DNA from: a virus
Lineage: Duplodnaviria > Heunggongvirae > Uroviricota > Caudoviricetes
Reading direction: 5' to 3' (one strand)
Length of the DNA: 64,000 nt
Virus record (IMG/VR): IMGVR_UViG_3300025723_001543
Span: 93,307-157,306 of that record
Shown: positions 10,574 to 19,163 of the stretch, piece by piece
How the letters are laid out: the number at the start of each line of letters is the position of its first letter
How positions within the stretch are numbered: position 1 is the first letter of the stretch
The notes under the pieces: generated by a model
The model's database searches: none
Told to the model about the DNA's origin: nothing
The model's input: the letters and a program-made list of their open reading frames with translations, nothing else
Translations under genes and position numbers: made by a program

Positions 10574-12398
10574 TTGATCTTCCTCCTAATGCAGCTACTG
10601 CATATTGTAATTGAAGACCGGGAACACTTGATTGGCATTTTGGATCAGAACATGTTAGAATAGTTCCTCCACCAGAACCACCCGGTTGTGCTGATTCTAC
10701 ATGTACATGAATGCCGGGGCTATCATTTTTTTCTAATAAAATTTTGCTGTATGGAAGATTATCTCTTACAAATGCGGCAATTTCAGCAGTTGTTTGAACG
10801 TCTGGTTTATTAGAACAACGTAGATCGACTGCGCCGCCCTTAATATGATTGCCAGAATTACTTCTATACCATGAAGTAATCTGCATTCTTGCACCATATT
10901 TCTCAATGATTGGATCGATTATGTTCCATGCAACATTCATAGCTTCTATAATAACTGCTTTTTGCTGACCAGCTGGTACTGATCTTAGTCCAAGAACTTG
11001 GCCTATAGTAACATGCTTTGATATTTTTTCGTTTGTATTATAAATTGATGCTGGAACTGGTAATGGATTTTTTTCAGCTTTTCCATTTGCAGCAGCACCA
11101 GAAGGTTTATCATATGTGCTTGGATTTGGTGGTTGCATAGTGTCACCGCCTGAAATTTCTGGTGGCGCACCGGCACCTTGATTTGGTGCTGCAGATGCTT
11201 CAGCTTTTGGATTTGGTGTATTACCTTCATTCTTATATACAGAGAATTCGCCTTTGGACATTCTCTTGGCATTTTTTGGAAAATCAGGTGCTTCACGAAC
11301 AGAGGTCATATTATCAATAATAGTTTCTGCAGGAGCATATTGTGCCTGTGGCGCTTCAACAACATCAGCTGCAGTGCCGGGAGCAACAGGACTTGGAGTA
11401 CCAGCATCAATATCAGTGAATGGACTTCTATAGTCAGCATTTCCACTAGAATGAATTGACATAGTATCTTGACCAGATATTTTAACAGCTCCAGCTGCTT
11501 TGGTATCCATCTTTCCGTTTGTTTCTATACTCAAATCGTTCTTAGATACAACAGTAAATTTTCCTTTGTTGTTCTGAGTAAAATTTCCTTCTGTTCTGGT
11601 AAGATAATTTCCTTTTACATCTTGTGTAAAATCAATCTTGGATTGAACTATCATATTTTTATATGTTTGAAAAACTGTATTAGCATCAGAACGTGTAGTA
11701 AAATCTTTCTTCACATCTATAGTTTTGCTACCAGAAACTTGTGTACGCATATTTCCTGCAACAGTTAATCTATTATCACCACCAACAGTATGACTTAAAT
11801 CTTTGACAACTTCTGTTACTTTTGCACCATCTGTAAATTCTTCTATCGATCCTTCAACATATGTGTGCATATCACCTTTAACATGAAGAGAAAATGCACC
11901 ACCAACATTCATATCAAGATCGCCATCAGTTTCGATAGTCATTTTTCCATCTGCTTTTAAAATAAGATGGTTCTTGGCAAATATTGTTCCGTCGCCTTTT
12001 GGAGATATTATACCAACACCTTTCTTACCAGTAGAAACAATATGAATTGACCCGTCAGCATCAATCATTATTGTTGCACCCGAATGATGTTGAATAACAA
12101 TATTATCAGAACCAAAAGTATTATCAATCATGACTCTGTTTCCAGTAGCAGAAACAAACCCTTGCATATCAGTTGATTTACCTACACCCACAGATATGCC
12201 AGCTCCCGGTCCTGTATGCGTTATTGTTGTATCAGAAGCATGACCGGGTTTTTCTTTTACAGAAACTTCATAATATGGAATTGGATTGCCAGTTCCATCT
12301 ATATGTTGAGGCGAAGTACTTCTGCTAAGTCCATTGCCTTCTCTATTAGTAATTTTTTTAATATAAGCTGGATCATTTGTAAATTTATCTATTGACAT
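10566..12398 (-). CDS. central spike beta-helix protein with C-terminal M15 (VanY/D-Ala-D-Ala carboxypeptidase-like) peptidase domain; gp5 C-terminal analog
   Basis: Middle region has 8-residue beta-helix-like repeats (VMIDNTFGSDNIVIQHHSGATIMIDADGSIHIV...DMNVGGAFSLHVKGD). C-terminus carries SWYRSNSGNHIKGGAVDL ... GIHVHVE (His/Asp/His zinc ligands typical of peptidase M15). Confidence 0.6.
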   Translation of the reverse strand: MSIDKFTNDPAYIKKITNREGNGLSRSTSPQHIDGTGNPIPYYEVSVKEKPGHASDTTITHTGPGAGISVGVGKSTDMQGFVSATGNRVMIDNTFGSDNIVIQHHSGATIMIDADGSIHIVSTGKKGVGIISPKGDGTIFAKNHLILKADGKMTIETDGDLDMNVGGAFSLHVKGDMHTYVEGSIEEFTDGAKVTEVVKDLSHTVGGDNRLTVAGNMRTQVSGSKTIDVKKDFTTRSDANTVFQTYKNMIVQSKIDFTQDVKGNYLTRTEGNFTQNNKGKFTVVSKNDLSIETNGKMDTKAAGAVKISGQDTMSIHSSGNADYRSPFTDIDAGTPSPVAPGTAADVVEAPQAQYAPAETIIDNMTSVREAPDFPKNAKRMSKGEFSVYKNEGNTPNPKAEASAAPNQGAGAPPEISGGDTMQPPNPSTYDKPSGAAANGKAEKNPLPVPASIYNTNEKISKHVTIGQVLGLRSVPAGQQKAVIIEAMNVAWNIIDPIIEKYGARMQITSWYRSNSGNHIKGGAVDLRCSNKPDVQTTAEIAAFVRDNLPYSKILLEKNDSPGIHVHVESAQPGGSGGGTILTCSDPKCQSSVPGLQLQYAVAALGGRSNA

Positions 12399-12401
12399 TT
12401 A

Positions 12402-12782
12402 TTACCCACAAAAATTTCTGTAAAGAGCTGTTAAAGATTGTTCTAGTTTATCATTATCACTTGTGATAGTTGCGCTATCATATTTTCTAGAAAGTTCTTT
12501 TATAGCTTTATATAGAGTTAGCTTTTGAGGCTCACTCATGTAAAAAGTTGATTCTAATCTGTAAGCTTTCTCATTTATAAATTTATCAGACCCACCAATT
12601 ATAGTTACGGAAGCAGAATCGCCAGATACAGAACCAGAAGAATATATTTCACCATTTACAGCAATAACATATCCGTCTGTTGCATATTGTTCTAAATCAA
12701 CTGCTTCATTTCTTAGAGTATTTGAAAAATTTACAGCCAAATTTTTATGATATGAAATTGTGCCGGGAGACATTAATATCAT
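12402..12782 (-). CDS. hypothetical protein between the two gp5-like genes
   Basis: ORF only (126 aa). Confidence 0.3.
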   Translation of the reverse strand: MILMSPGTISYHKNLAVNFSNTLRNEAVDLEQYATDGYVIAVNGEIYSSGSVSGDSASVTIIGGSDKFINEKAYRLESTFYMSEPQKLTLYKAIKELSRKYDSATITSDNDKLEQSLTALYRNFCG

Positions 12783-13753
12783 GATGTTGAAGCTCCATCA
12801 AATGACATAGAAGCTAAAATATTTCTAGCATTCCCCAATTTTCTAGTATAACTTGCCCCAGTTCTATCAACAGTCCATACGCCGCCTATTTTCTTATAAG
12901 AATCATCTCTCTCAAAGTAAATAATTGCTGCAACAGAATCTTGAATTGTGGTAGATGCAAGTAATTTAGAATATGCTGTTCTTTCTGAAGTATGCAATTC
13001 ATGCCACATAAAATCTAATTGTTTTTCTAAAGGAGGAAGATTTGGTGGAAGAACTGGTGAATTTATGCCACAGAATTTTAATAGTGGCGTATATCGATCA
13101 TACTTCCCTGCTCTCCATTGAGCAATACCATATGATGGTTCGCCTTTATCATTTCCATTATATGCTTGCGGATTGATATTTTTACCAGATTCTCCTTGCA
13201 AATTACCACAAATAGCTGATACAATACATTTTAAATCACCAGAATATGAACCTTCTTCTTTCAACTTTTGCCAAAAATAATTATAAACTTTTTGTGTATT
13301 GCTTCCACCAGTCAATTGAGTTGTTGTTGGTGCGCCTGTATCTCCAGTAGAATTTGCTGCTGATGCAGCTGCAGAAGGATTTGACGAATTTTGAGTTGGG
13401 TCTGAACTGGAAACATTTGAATTTTGTGCTGGCGAAGAATTGATAGATTCCATACCACCATTTATTACACCTATAACTATTGGTTGTTGTGAATCAATAC
13501 CATCAAAAAAGAATCCAACTACCCAAGAACCTGGGGTCAAATTATGACTAGCATTTCCACCACCAGTCTGTCCACCAGTAGTTGGATACAAAACTAAAGC
13601 CCATGGCAGATCACCATCAGAAACTCTTTCAACATCTTCAGTATGGTGAATTCCAAATATTCGAACTCTAACTCGTGATCTATCGTCGCCAATATCTTTG
13701 ACTACACCAACAAACCATCTAAATCTATCACCATAAAAATCATCAGCTATCAT
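12779..13753 (-). CDS. 5: gp5-like baseplate hub protein: N-terminal OB-fold + lysozyme-like (lytic transglycosylase-type) domain, lacking the beta-helix
   Basis: RFRWFVGVVKDIGDDRSRVRVRIFGIHH...LPWALVLYPTTGGQ aligns with T4 gp5 N-terminus (NWFVGVVEDVMDP...RVRVRVFGLHP...LPWAQVLLPTTG). Downstream ES...YGIAQW resembles the SLT/lysozyme catalytic motif. Confidence 0.65.
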   Translation of the reverse strand: MIADDFYGDRFRWFVGVVKDIGDDRSRVRVRIFGIHHTEDVERVSDGDLPWALVLYPTTGGQTGGGNASHNLTPGSWVVGFFFDGIDSQQPIVIGVINGGMESINSSPAQNSNVSSSDPTQNSSNPSAAASAANSTGDTGAPTTTQLTGGSNTQKVYNYFWQKLKEEGSYSGDLKCIVSAICGNLQGESGKNINPQAYNGNDKGEPSYGIAQWRAGKYDRYTPLLKFCGINSPVLPPNLPPLEKQLDFMWHELHTSERTAYSKLLASTTIQDSVAAIIYFERDDSYKKIGGVWTVDRTGASYTRKLGNARNILASMSFDGASTS

Positions 13754-15123
13754 TGAATAGTCCCACCACCAGTATCATATTCACTTTTTTCATTAAGTTT
13801 TGTTAAATAACCATCTTTATTAATTCTTAAAGTTGTGGCTACCCTGTTTCCTGCACTCATTACTTGTTTTACTTCAGAAATAATAAAAAATCCAGATATA
13901 TATTTGTCTTGCTGAACATCATTAAACCCATGCATTTCTGGAATTTCACACCATATTATTTGTCCAGCTTTTAATTTCATATTTGCAGGAACAGTTATGC
14001 TAAAATCAACTTGATTTAATGCGTACATATATTTAGTGGCATTGCCAAATTTATAACGGTATTGTGGCTGAGTTTTGTTTTGTTCATTTAAATCTTCATA
14101 GTTATTAATTATATAACGTATCCTATTAGAATATTCAGTTTTGTCTACCTGATTTTTTACATAGTCGATGTATGGATCGGTATTCAAAGGATATTTTTCT
14201 AAATGATTTGGACCTGTTTCTTTTTCAAGTTCTGTAGGAGTACTATTATAATTTTTTTGTAAAAGACTTATTTCAAATAATTCATTTTGATAATATCCAC
14301 CAGCAATTTTTTCAATTGAAGAAAATCTTTTATTATTTACGATGTTTGAAATATAATAAAGATCGGCATCTGGAGTTGCATTTGTATCAGAAAATCCAGA
14401 TTCAACATCGGAAATATAACGATATTTTGTTTTTTGTATAGTATCTCTTTGTTTCCATGCATCTTCTATTAATTTTTGAATTGTCAAAAAATTAAACCCT
14501 TGATTATCTTCATAAAAAAGATAAAGAAAATGATTTTCATAATCTCTTGCAACAGCATGTTTTGCCAACCATTGAATTGCTTGAAATGGTCTAAGATTTG
14601 GCACAACAATATTTCTTACCTTCAAAGATTCTTCTATAGTAAATGGTTTTGTTTTTAAAAATTTTGTCTGTGTGTCTGCCATAATATATTCATTGTATAA
14701 ATTTTGAGCCATATTTTCTACAAGATCATTATAAGCATGTGAAACAAGTTTTCTTACATTTTGTAGAAACTCAACACTAACCAAATCAATGATAAACATC
14801 ATTCCTCTAGCTCTATCATCAAGAGCAATATCTCTCACAGCTTTGATAATAAATTGCATATTACCAGTATCTTTTTCGACAGAAGAAATACCAGATTTTT
14901 GCTTGTATTCAATACTTATTATTTCTTCCCCTGTAAATGGATAGTTAACAAATAATCCAATATTATCATTTATTAAAAGCTCTGCTTTCATGACGGGTTC
15001 AAAAATAGATTGATATATAGACAATTCGACAAACTGAGGCATTAAGCTCATTTCGTCATTACCATTAAATTTTTTAATTTTTAATTTTGAAATTTCTATT
15101 TCAAGAGGATTTAAATTACTCAT
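13750..15123 (-). CDS. baseplate hub protein, gp27-like (by position upstream of gp5-like; weak)
   Basis: 457-aa ORF translationally coupled to the gp5-like gene. No specific motif recognised. Confidence 0.4.
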   Translation of the reverse strand: MSNLNPLEIEISKLKIKKFNGNDEMSLMPQFVELSIYQSIFEPVMKAELLINDNIGLFVNYPFTGEEIISIEYKQKSGISSVEKDTGNMQFIIKAVRDIALDDRARGMMFIIDLVSVEFLQNVRKLVSHAYNDLVENMAQNLYNEYIMADTQTKFLKTKPFTIEESLKVRNIVVPNLRPFQAIQWLAKHAVARDYENHFLYLFYEDNQGFNFLTIQKLIEDAWKQRDTIQKTKYRYISDVESGFSDTNATPDADLYYISNIVNNKRFSSIEKIAGGYYQNELFEISLLQKNYNSTPTELEKETGPNHLEKYPLNTDPYIDYVKNQVDKTEYSNRIRYIINNYEDLNEQNKTQPQYRYKFGNATKYMYALNQVDFSITVPANMKLKAGQIIWCEIPEMHGFNDVQQDKYISGFFIISEVKQVMSAGNRVATTLRINKDGYLTKLNEKSEYDTGGGTIQ

Positions 15124-15676
15124 TAATTAAAGCTTCAAATTGTTGCCTAAATTCATTTACATATGGTTGTCTTAGCAATTTGATATTTCTTTTTGCTTCG
15201 TTTTTTTCATTTTCAACATCATATATGCTCTTTGCAACCCATCCAGCTGGATATCCAAGCATTTGATATGTGTTTGGGGTCATCGTATAATTATATGCTG
15301 CAATTGTTTCTGGTGTATCAGATGATAACCCCTGATAATAATAGTATGCAATAGAAGAAGGTATAACAATAGAAGTTAATTTATCTGCACTAACATTATA
15401 TTTGTCTTCTAGATAATTAATAAAATTGCCATAGTCCATTGGCCAAGAAGTATATGGGTCTATCATATTATTTGACATATAGATAATCCAATCTAAAGAT
15501 GAATCATCATATTCTTTATATGCAATAATATCAGGTCTTTCACCTTCCATAACTAGATAATCATAAAATTTTTCATATGAATTTCTATATGTCTGAATCA
15601 AAGCAACTCTAGACAATAAATTTATACATGACATATTATTGTATATTATTTTTGGAAAATATTTAAAAGAAGACAT
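15116..15676 (-). CDS. 53: baseplate wedge protein gp53
   Basis: RPDIIAYKEYDDSSLDWIIYMSNNMIDPYTSW resembles T4 gp53 (RPEELANAIYGNPQLYWVLLMCNDNYDPYYGW). Confidence 0.55.
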   Translation of the reverse strand: MSSFKYFPKIIYNNMSCINLLSRVALIQTYRNSYEKFYDYLVMEGERPDIIAYKEYDDSSLDWIIYMSNNMIDPYTSWPMDYGNFINYLEDKYNVSADKLTSIVIPSSIAYYYYQGLSSDTPETIAAYNYTMTPNTYQMLGYPAGWVAKSIYDVENEKNEAKRNIKLLRQPYVNEFRQQFEALINE

Positions 15677-15679
15677 ATG

Positions 15680-16456
15680 TTATGGACCTGATGTAGATGT
15701 AGATGATACAAAATCATCTCTTGTTTGAATGTTTATTTCTTGAAAAGATATATTCATTTCTACTATAGCAGATTTCCCATCTTTATAGAATGCAGGAGTT
15801 CCTCCAGCAGAACTATTTACTGTAAACCCAGTAATAAAAGAAGTTTTTACATTAGGAAGAATATTATTATCTCCAACATTAAAACTTAATTCTGCAAGAT
15901 ATGGATATTCAAGAGCAAATCCGCCACCAATTATTCTTGGATGCATGAACCCTTTAATATTAGTTATAATATTTTCTAAAGCAATTGCTTCTGCCTGTGA
16001 TCTAGGAGACATTTTCCATGTAAAAGAATAACTTTTTAATTTTACACCATTAAAAATGTTTGTATGGTGAGGATTTCTTACCATACCAGTTTCAGCTTGA
16101 GCAAGTTTTCCGATAATAGAATCAGAAACTCCCGGCATAATTGCAGCTGCTTGTAAAGAAGCATCTTTAATAAAAGCAAGCGCACCTTTGCCTGCACGAA
16201 TTTCGTTGGCATATGCTTCCATTTTGCTTTTTCCGGCCATAAGAACATCAGAAGGCGTATTTCCCAAAATATCTAAAGCCACATCACCAACATCCATGTT
16301 AAATTGATCTTGAAGACTTGAAGGCAAAGGAAGACGAATAATGCCATCAAAATTTTGAGATGCTTTGACTCCCGGTCTTGGTCTAACATATTTTTTAAAC
16401 ATGATCCTACAGCAATAAATAGGAACTTCTTCTGGAAAACTTAGAGATACAAACAT
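15680..16456 (-). CDS. baseplate protein, possibly tube-initiator family (gp48/gp54-like)
   Basis: First gene of the minus-strand baseplate operon, downstream of a late promoter. Weak C-terminal resemblance to tube-initiator proteins. Confidence 0.3.
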   Translation of the reverse strand: MFVSLSFPEEVPIYCCRIMFKKYVRPRPGVKASQNFDGIIRLPLPSSLQDQFNMDVGDVALDILGNTPSDVLMAGKSKMEAYANEIRAGKGALAFIKDASLQAAAIMPGVSDSIIGKLAQAETGMVRNPHHTNIFNGVKLKSYSFTWKMSPRSQAEAIALENIITNIKGFMHPRIIGGGFALEYPYLAELSFNVGDNNILPNVKTSFITGFTVNSSAGGTPAFYKDGKSAIVEMNISFQEINIQTRDDFVSSTSTSGP

Positions 16457-16466
16457 GTTTATCCTC

Positions 16467-16474
16467 TATAAATA
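16467..16474 (+). promoter_or_regulatory. T4-type late promoter TATAAATA for the plus-strand gp4-like operon
   Basis: Exact TATAAATA about 30 nt upstream of ATG 16504. Confidence 0.6.
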
Positions 16475-16483
16475 TAACAATAG

Positions 16484-16491
16484 TATTTATA
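16484..16491 (-). promoter_or_regulatory. T4-type late promoter TATAAATA (minus strand) for the baseplate operon
   Basis: Revcomp TATAAATA about 28 nt upstream of the minus-strand start at 16456; divergent with the site at 16467. Confidence 0.6.
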
Positions 16492-16503
16492 TGGCGAGAA
16501 TGA

Positions 16504-16947
16504 ATGGCATACAAAGGAAAATTTAAACCTGATAGACCAGAAAAATATAAAGGCGATCCTACGAAAATTGTGTATCGTAGCCTTTGGGAATTAAAATTTA
16601 TGCGTTATTTGGATTCCCATCCTAATGTAATATCATGGTCTTCAGAAGAAATTATTGTACCGTATATAAGCCCTATGGATAATAAAATTCATAGATACTA
16701 TCCAGATTTTTGGGTAAAAACTAAAGATAATAACAACAACATAAATACTATGTTAGTAGAAATAAAGCCCATGTATCAAGTTGTGGCACCTATAGTTCAA
16801 AAAAATATGACAAAAAGATATCTTACAGAAGTAAAAACATATGCTATAAATTCTGCCAAATGGAAAGCAGCACAAGAATTTTGTTCAAATAGGAAATGGA
16901 TATTTAAAATAATGACCGAAAAAGAACTTGGAATAGGGAAAAAATAA
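16504..16947 (+). CDS. head completion protein gp4-like (PD-(D/E)XK-like motif PDFW...VEIK)
   Basis: 147 aa, similar in size and position to T4 gene 4 (divergent from gene 53). PD...EIK motif present. Confidence 0.35.
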   Translation: MAYKGKFKPDRPEKYKGDPTKIVYRSLWELKFMRYLDSHPNVISWSSEEIIVPYISPMDNKIHRYYPDFWVKTKDNNNNINTMLVEIKPMYQVVAPIVQKNMTKRYLTEVKTYAINSAKWKAAQEFCSNRKWIFKIMTEKELGIGKK

Positions 16948-17552
16948 TGGGAATGTTCTCAGATAAATTAGACCCTAATAGACCAGTTAATAAAAGATCA
17001 GCTGATCAGGTCAGAAAATGGATGACCGGAAAACTTGGCGATTTTAGAAACGCCAATGCAAAAGTTCGTAATATTATGATGGATAATAGAGAATATCTTA
17101 GAACTTCTATGCGCCCCGGTTACATGTATCTATACATGTATAATCCTAAACATAAGGATACATTACCATTTTATGATAGGTATCCTCTTGTATTTCCGTT
17201 TAAAGCAGTTGAAAATGGATTTTTAGGGTTGAACCTCCACTATCTTCCTCCTATCATGAGAGCAAAACTTATGGATGCTCTTTATGATAAAGTTAATAAT
17301 AACAAATATGACGAGACAACTCGTCTTAAAATTAGTTATGATATTTTAAATGGAGCATCAAGATATAAGTATTTTAGACCTTGTGTAAAGAGATACTTGT
17401 ATTCACATCTTCAGACAAAGTTTCTTTTGATTCCAGCTAATGAATGGGATTATGCTTTGTTTATTCCGTTCGAACAGTTTGAAAAGCAGGGCAGCAGAAT
17501 AAATAAAGAGATCGTATATAGAGATTCAAGGAACAAAATTAATGGCGTTTAG
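16947..17552 (+). CDS. possible DNA end protector gp2-like (by position only)
   Basis: 201-aa ORF translationally coupled to the gp4-like gene. Confidence 0.25.
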   Translation: MGMFSDKLDPNRPVNKRSADQVRKWMTGKLGDFRNANAKVRNIMMDNREYLRTSMRPGYMYLYMYNPKHKDTLPFYDRYPLVFPFKAVENGFLGLNLHYLPPIMRAKLMDALYDKVNNNKYDETTRLKISYDILNGASRYKYFRPCVKRYLYSHLQTKFLLIPANEWDYALFIPFEQFEKQGSRINKEIVYRDSRNKINGV

Positions 17553-18258
17553 CGTAAATGAAATGTTATCCACCATTAATTCAAATGGTGGAATATCAAA
17601 AGCATCAAGATTTATGGCATATTTTAGAAAATACCCATCTGGTATTACAACAGATGGGAATGCTAGTGATTTATCTTTCTTTTGCGAATCTACTTCTATT
17701 CCCGGTATTGCGTATCAAACAGATGATATCAGGGCATCTGGTTATGGAAATATAGAAAAACGTCCTTATGCAACAGTATATCAAGATGTTACATTAAATT
17801 TCTTCTGTGATAATGATGGAAGAGTAATAAATTTTATGCATAAATGGTTGCAATCTATATTTAATTTTAATAATAAAAGTGCTCCAGATGCTACAACAAA
17901 TGCTGGTTTACCTCTTCATACTTTTGGGTATCCAAAAGATTATTTTGGAACAATAGAAATAATACATTATTATGATCAAAATTATGGGCAAGAGCAAATC
18001 GTATCTGTTTCTCTTCAGGAAGCATATCCAATTAATATTGGAGAAATAACAGTTGATTGGAATAGTACAGATACTCTTACTAAGATTCCTGTGACGTTTG
18101 CTTATACTTATTGGTCATCAGAAACACTTGATCAAGGAACTATTGATACTAATTCTTCTACCAGAGCATCTACATTGATGAATACACAAACAAGAATTGA
18201 TTCTTCGCTTTCTTCAGTTCAAGAAGCAATTGGAATAACAACTCCTTTAAATCGTTAA
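17542..18258 (+). CDS. tail tube-family paralog (gp48/gp54/gp3-like tube cap/initiator)
   Basis: Pattern SRFMAYF...FFCESTSIPG...PYATVYQDVTLNFFCDNDGRV..FMHKWLQ...IPVTFAY resembles tube-family proteins (compare gp19 in this window). Confidence 0.45.
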   Translation: MAFSVNEMLSTINSNGGISKASRFMAYFRKYPSGITTDGNASDLSFFCESTSIPGIAYQTDDIRASGYGNIEKRPYATVYQDVTLNFFCDNDGRVINFMHKWLQSIFNFNNKSAPDATTNAGLPLHTFGYPKDYFGTIEIIHYYDQNYGQEQIVSVSLQEAYPINIGEITVDWNSTDTLTKIPVTFAYTYWSSETLDQGTIDTNSSTRASTLMNTQTRIDSSLSSVQEAIGITTPLNR

Positions 18259-18285
18259 TATATTAAAAAAATAAGGTGAAATGAA

Positions 18286-18978
18286 ATGGCATTACCGAAA
18301 ATTAAACATCCTACTTATAAAATTACTATACCATCAAACAAAAAAGAAGTAAATTTTCGTCCTTTTACAGTACAAGAAGAAAAGCTTCTTCTTATGGCTA
18401 AGAATTCAGAAATTACTGAAGATATCATTAACACTGTAAGACAAGTTATTCAGAATTGTATTATTGAACCTATTGATGTTGAAAAACTTGCCATTTTTGA
18501 TATTGAATATATTTTTATTAAACTTAGGTCAAAATCAGTTGGAGAAATTGTTGAACTAGAATACATTGATCCTGAAACAAATGAAAATGTAAAGTTTAAG
18601 GTAAATTTAGAAGATATTGAAGTAAAGAGAGACGAAAAACATACTAATAAGTTTCCTCTTTTTGAGAATATTGGTGTCGTTATGCGGTATCCAACTCTTG
18701 ATGAAATCAAGGCAGTTGAAGATGCTGGTAAAGATGAAGCAGTATTTACTATGTTATTGAAATGTATCGACACAATTTATGACGATGAAACAGTATATTC
18801 TGATTATTCTGAGAAGGAATTGAAAGATTTTATTGATTCTCTTCCTATGGAAAGTATGGGAGCAATTCAAACTTTCTTTGAAACAATGCCTTCTGTTGAA
18901 CATACAGTAACACTAAAGAATAAACAAGGTGAGACTAAGGAAGTTGTATTAAAAGGAATTAATAGTTTTTTTACATAA
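18286..18978 (+). CDS. tail assembly chaperone (G-like), immediately upstream of tape measure
   Basis: 230-aa acidic protein ending at a T7 run (18966-18972). A -1 ORF continues to 19163 and overlaps the TMP start: classic G/GT arrangement. Confidence 0.5.
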   Translation: MALPKIKHPTYKITIPSNKKEVNFRPFTVQEEKLLLMAKNSEITEDIINTVRQVIQNCIIEPIDVEKLAIFDIEYIFIKLRSKSVGEIVELEYIDPETNENVKFKVNLEDIEVKRDEKHTNKFPLFENIGVVMRYPTLDEIKAVEDAGKDEAVFTMLLKCIDTIYDDETVYSDYSEKELKDFIDSLPMESMGAIQTFFETMPSVEHTVTLKNKQGETKEVVLKGINSFFT

Positions 18979-19163
18979 TGGTGGGATATAATAATATTGC
19001 CACCTATTATAATACTCTGTTTTCTTTGATACAACATCATAAATACTCATTGACAGAAGTATATGAAATGTACCCATATGAGCGTGATCTATTCGTTGAA
19101 TTATTAATACAGCATCTAAGAGAACAAGAAGAAGAAAACAACAGAAGAAACACACATGGCTGA
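18966..19163 (+). CDS. -1 frameshift extension of chaperone (GT-like product), slippery site T TTT TTT at 18966-18972
   Basis: Frame -1 ORF YIMVGYNNIATYYN...NTHG* begins at the heptanucleotide and ends by overlapping ATG 19156 of the tape measure gene. Confidence 0.45.
   Translation, partial: FFYIMVGYNNIATYYNTLFSLIQHHKYSLTEVYEMYPYERDLFVELLIQHLREQEEENNRRNTHG

Noticed and set aside
16504-17552. Firm assignment of gp4 and gp2
   Set aside because: Based only on size, order and divergent arrangement relative to gene 53; I do not recall the sequences well enough to confirm.
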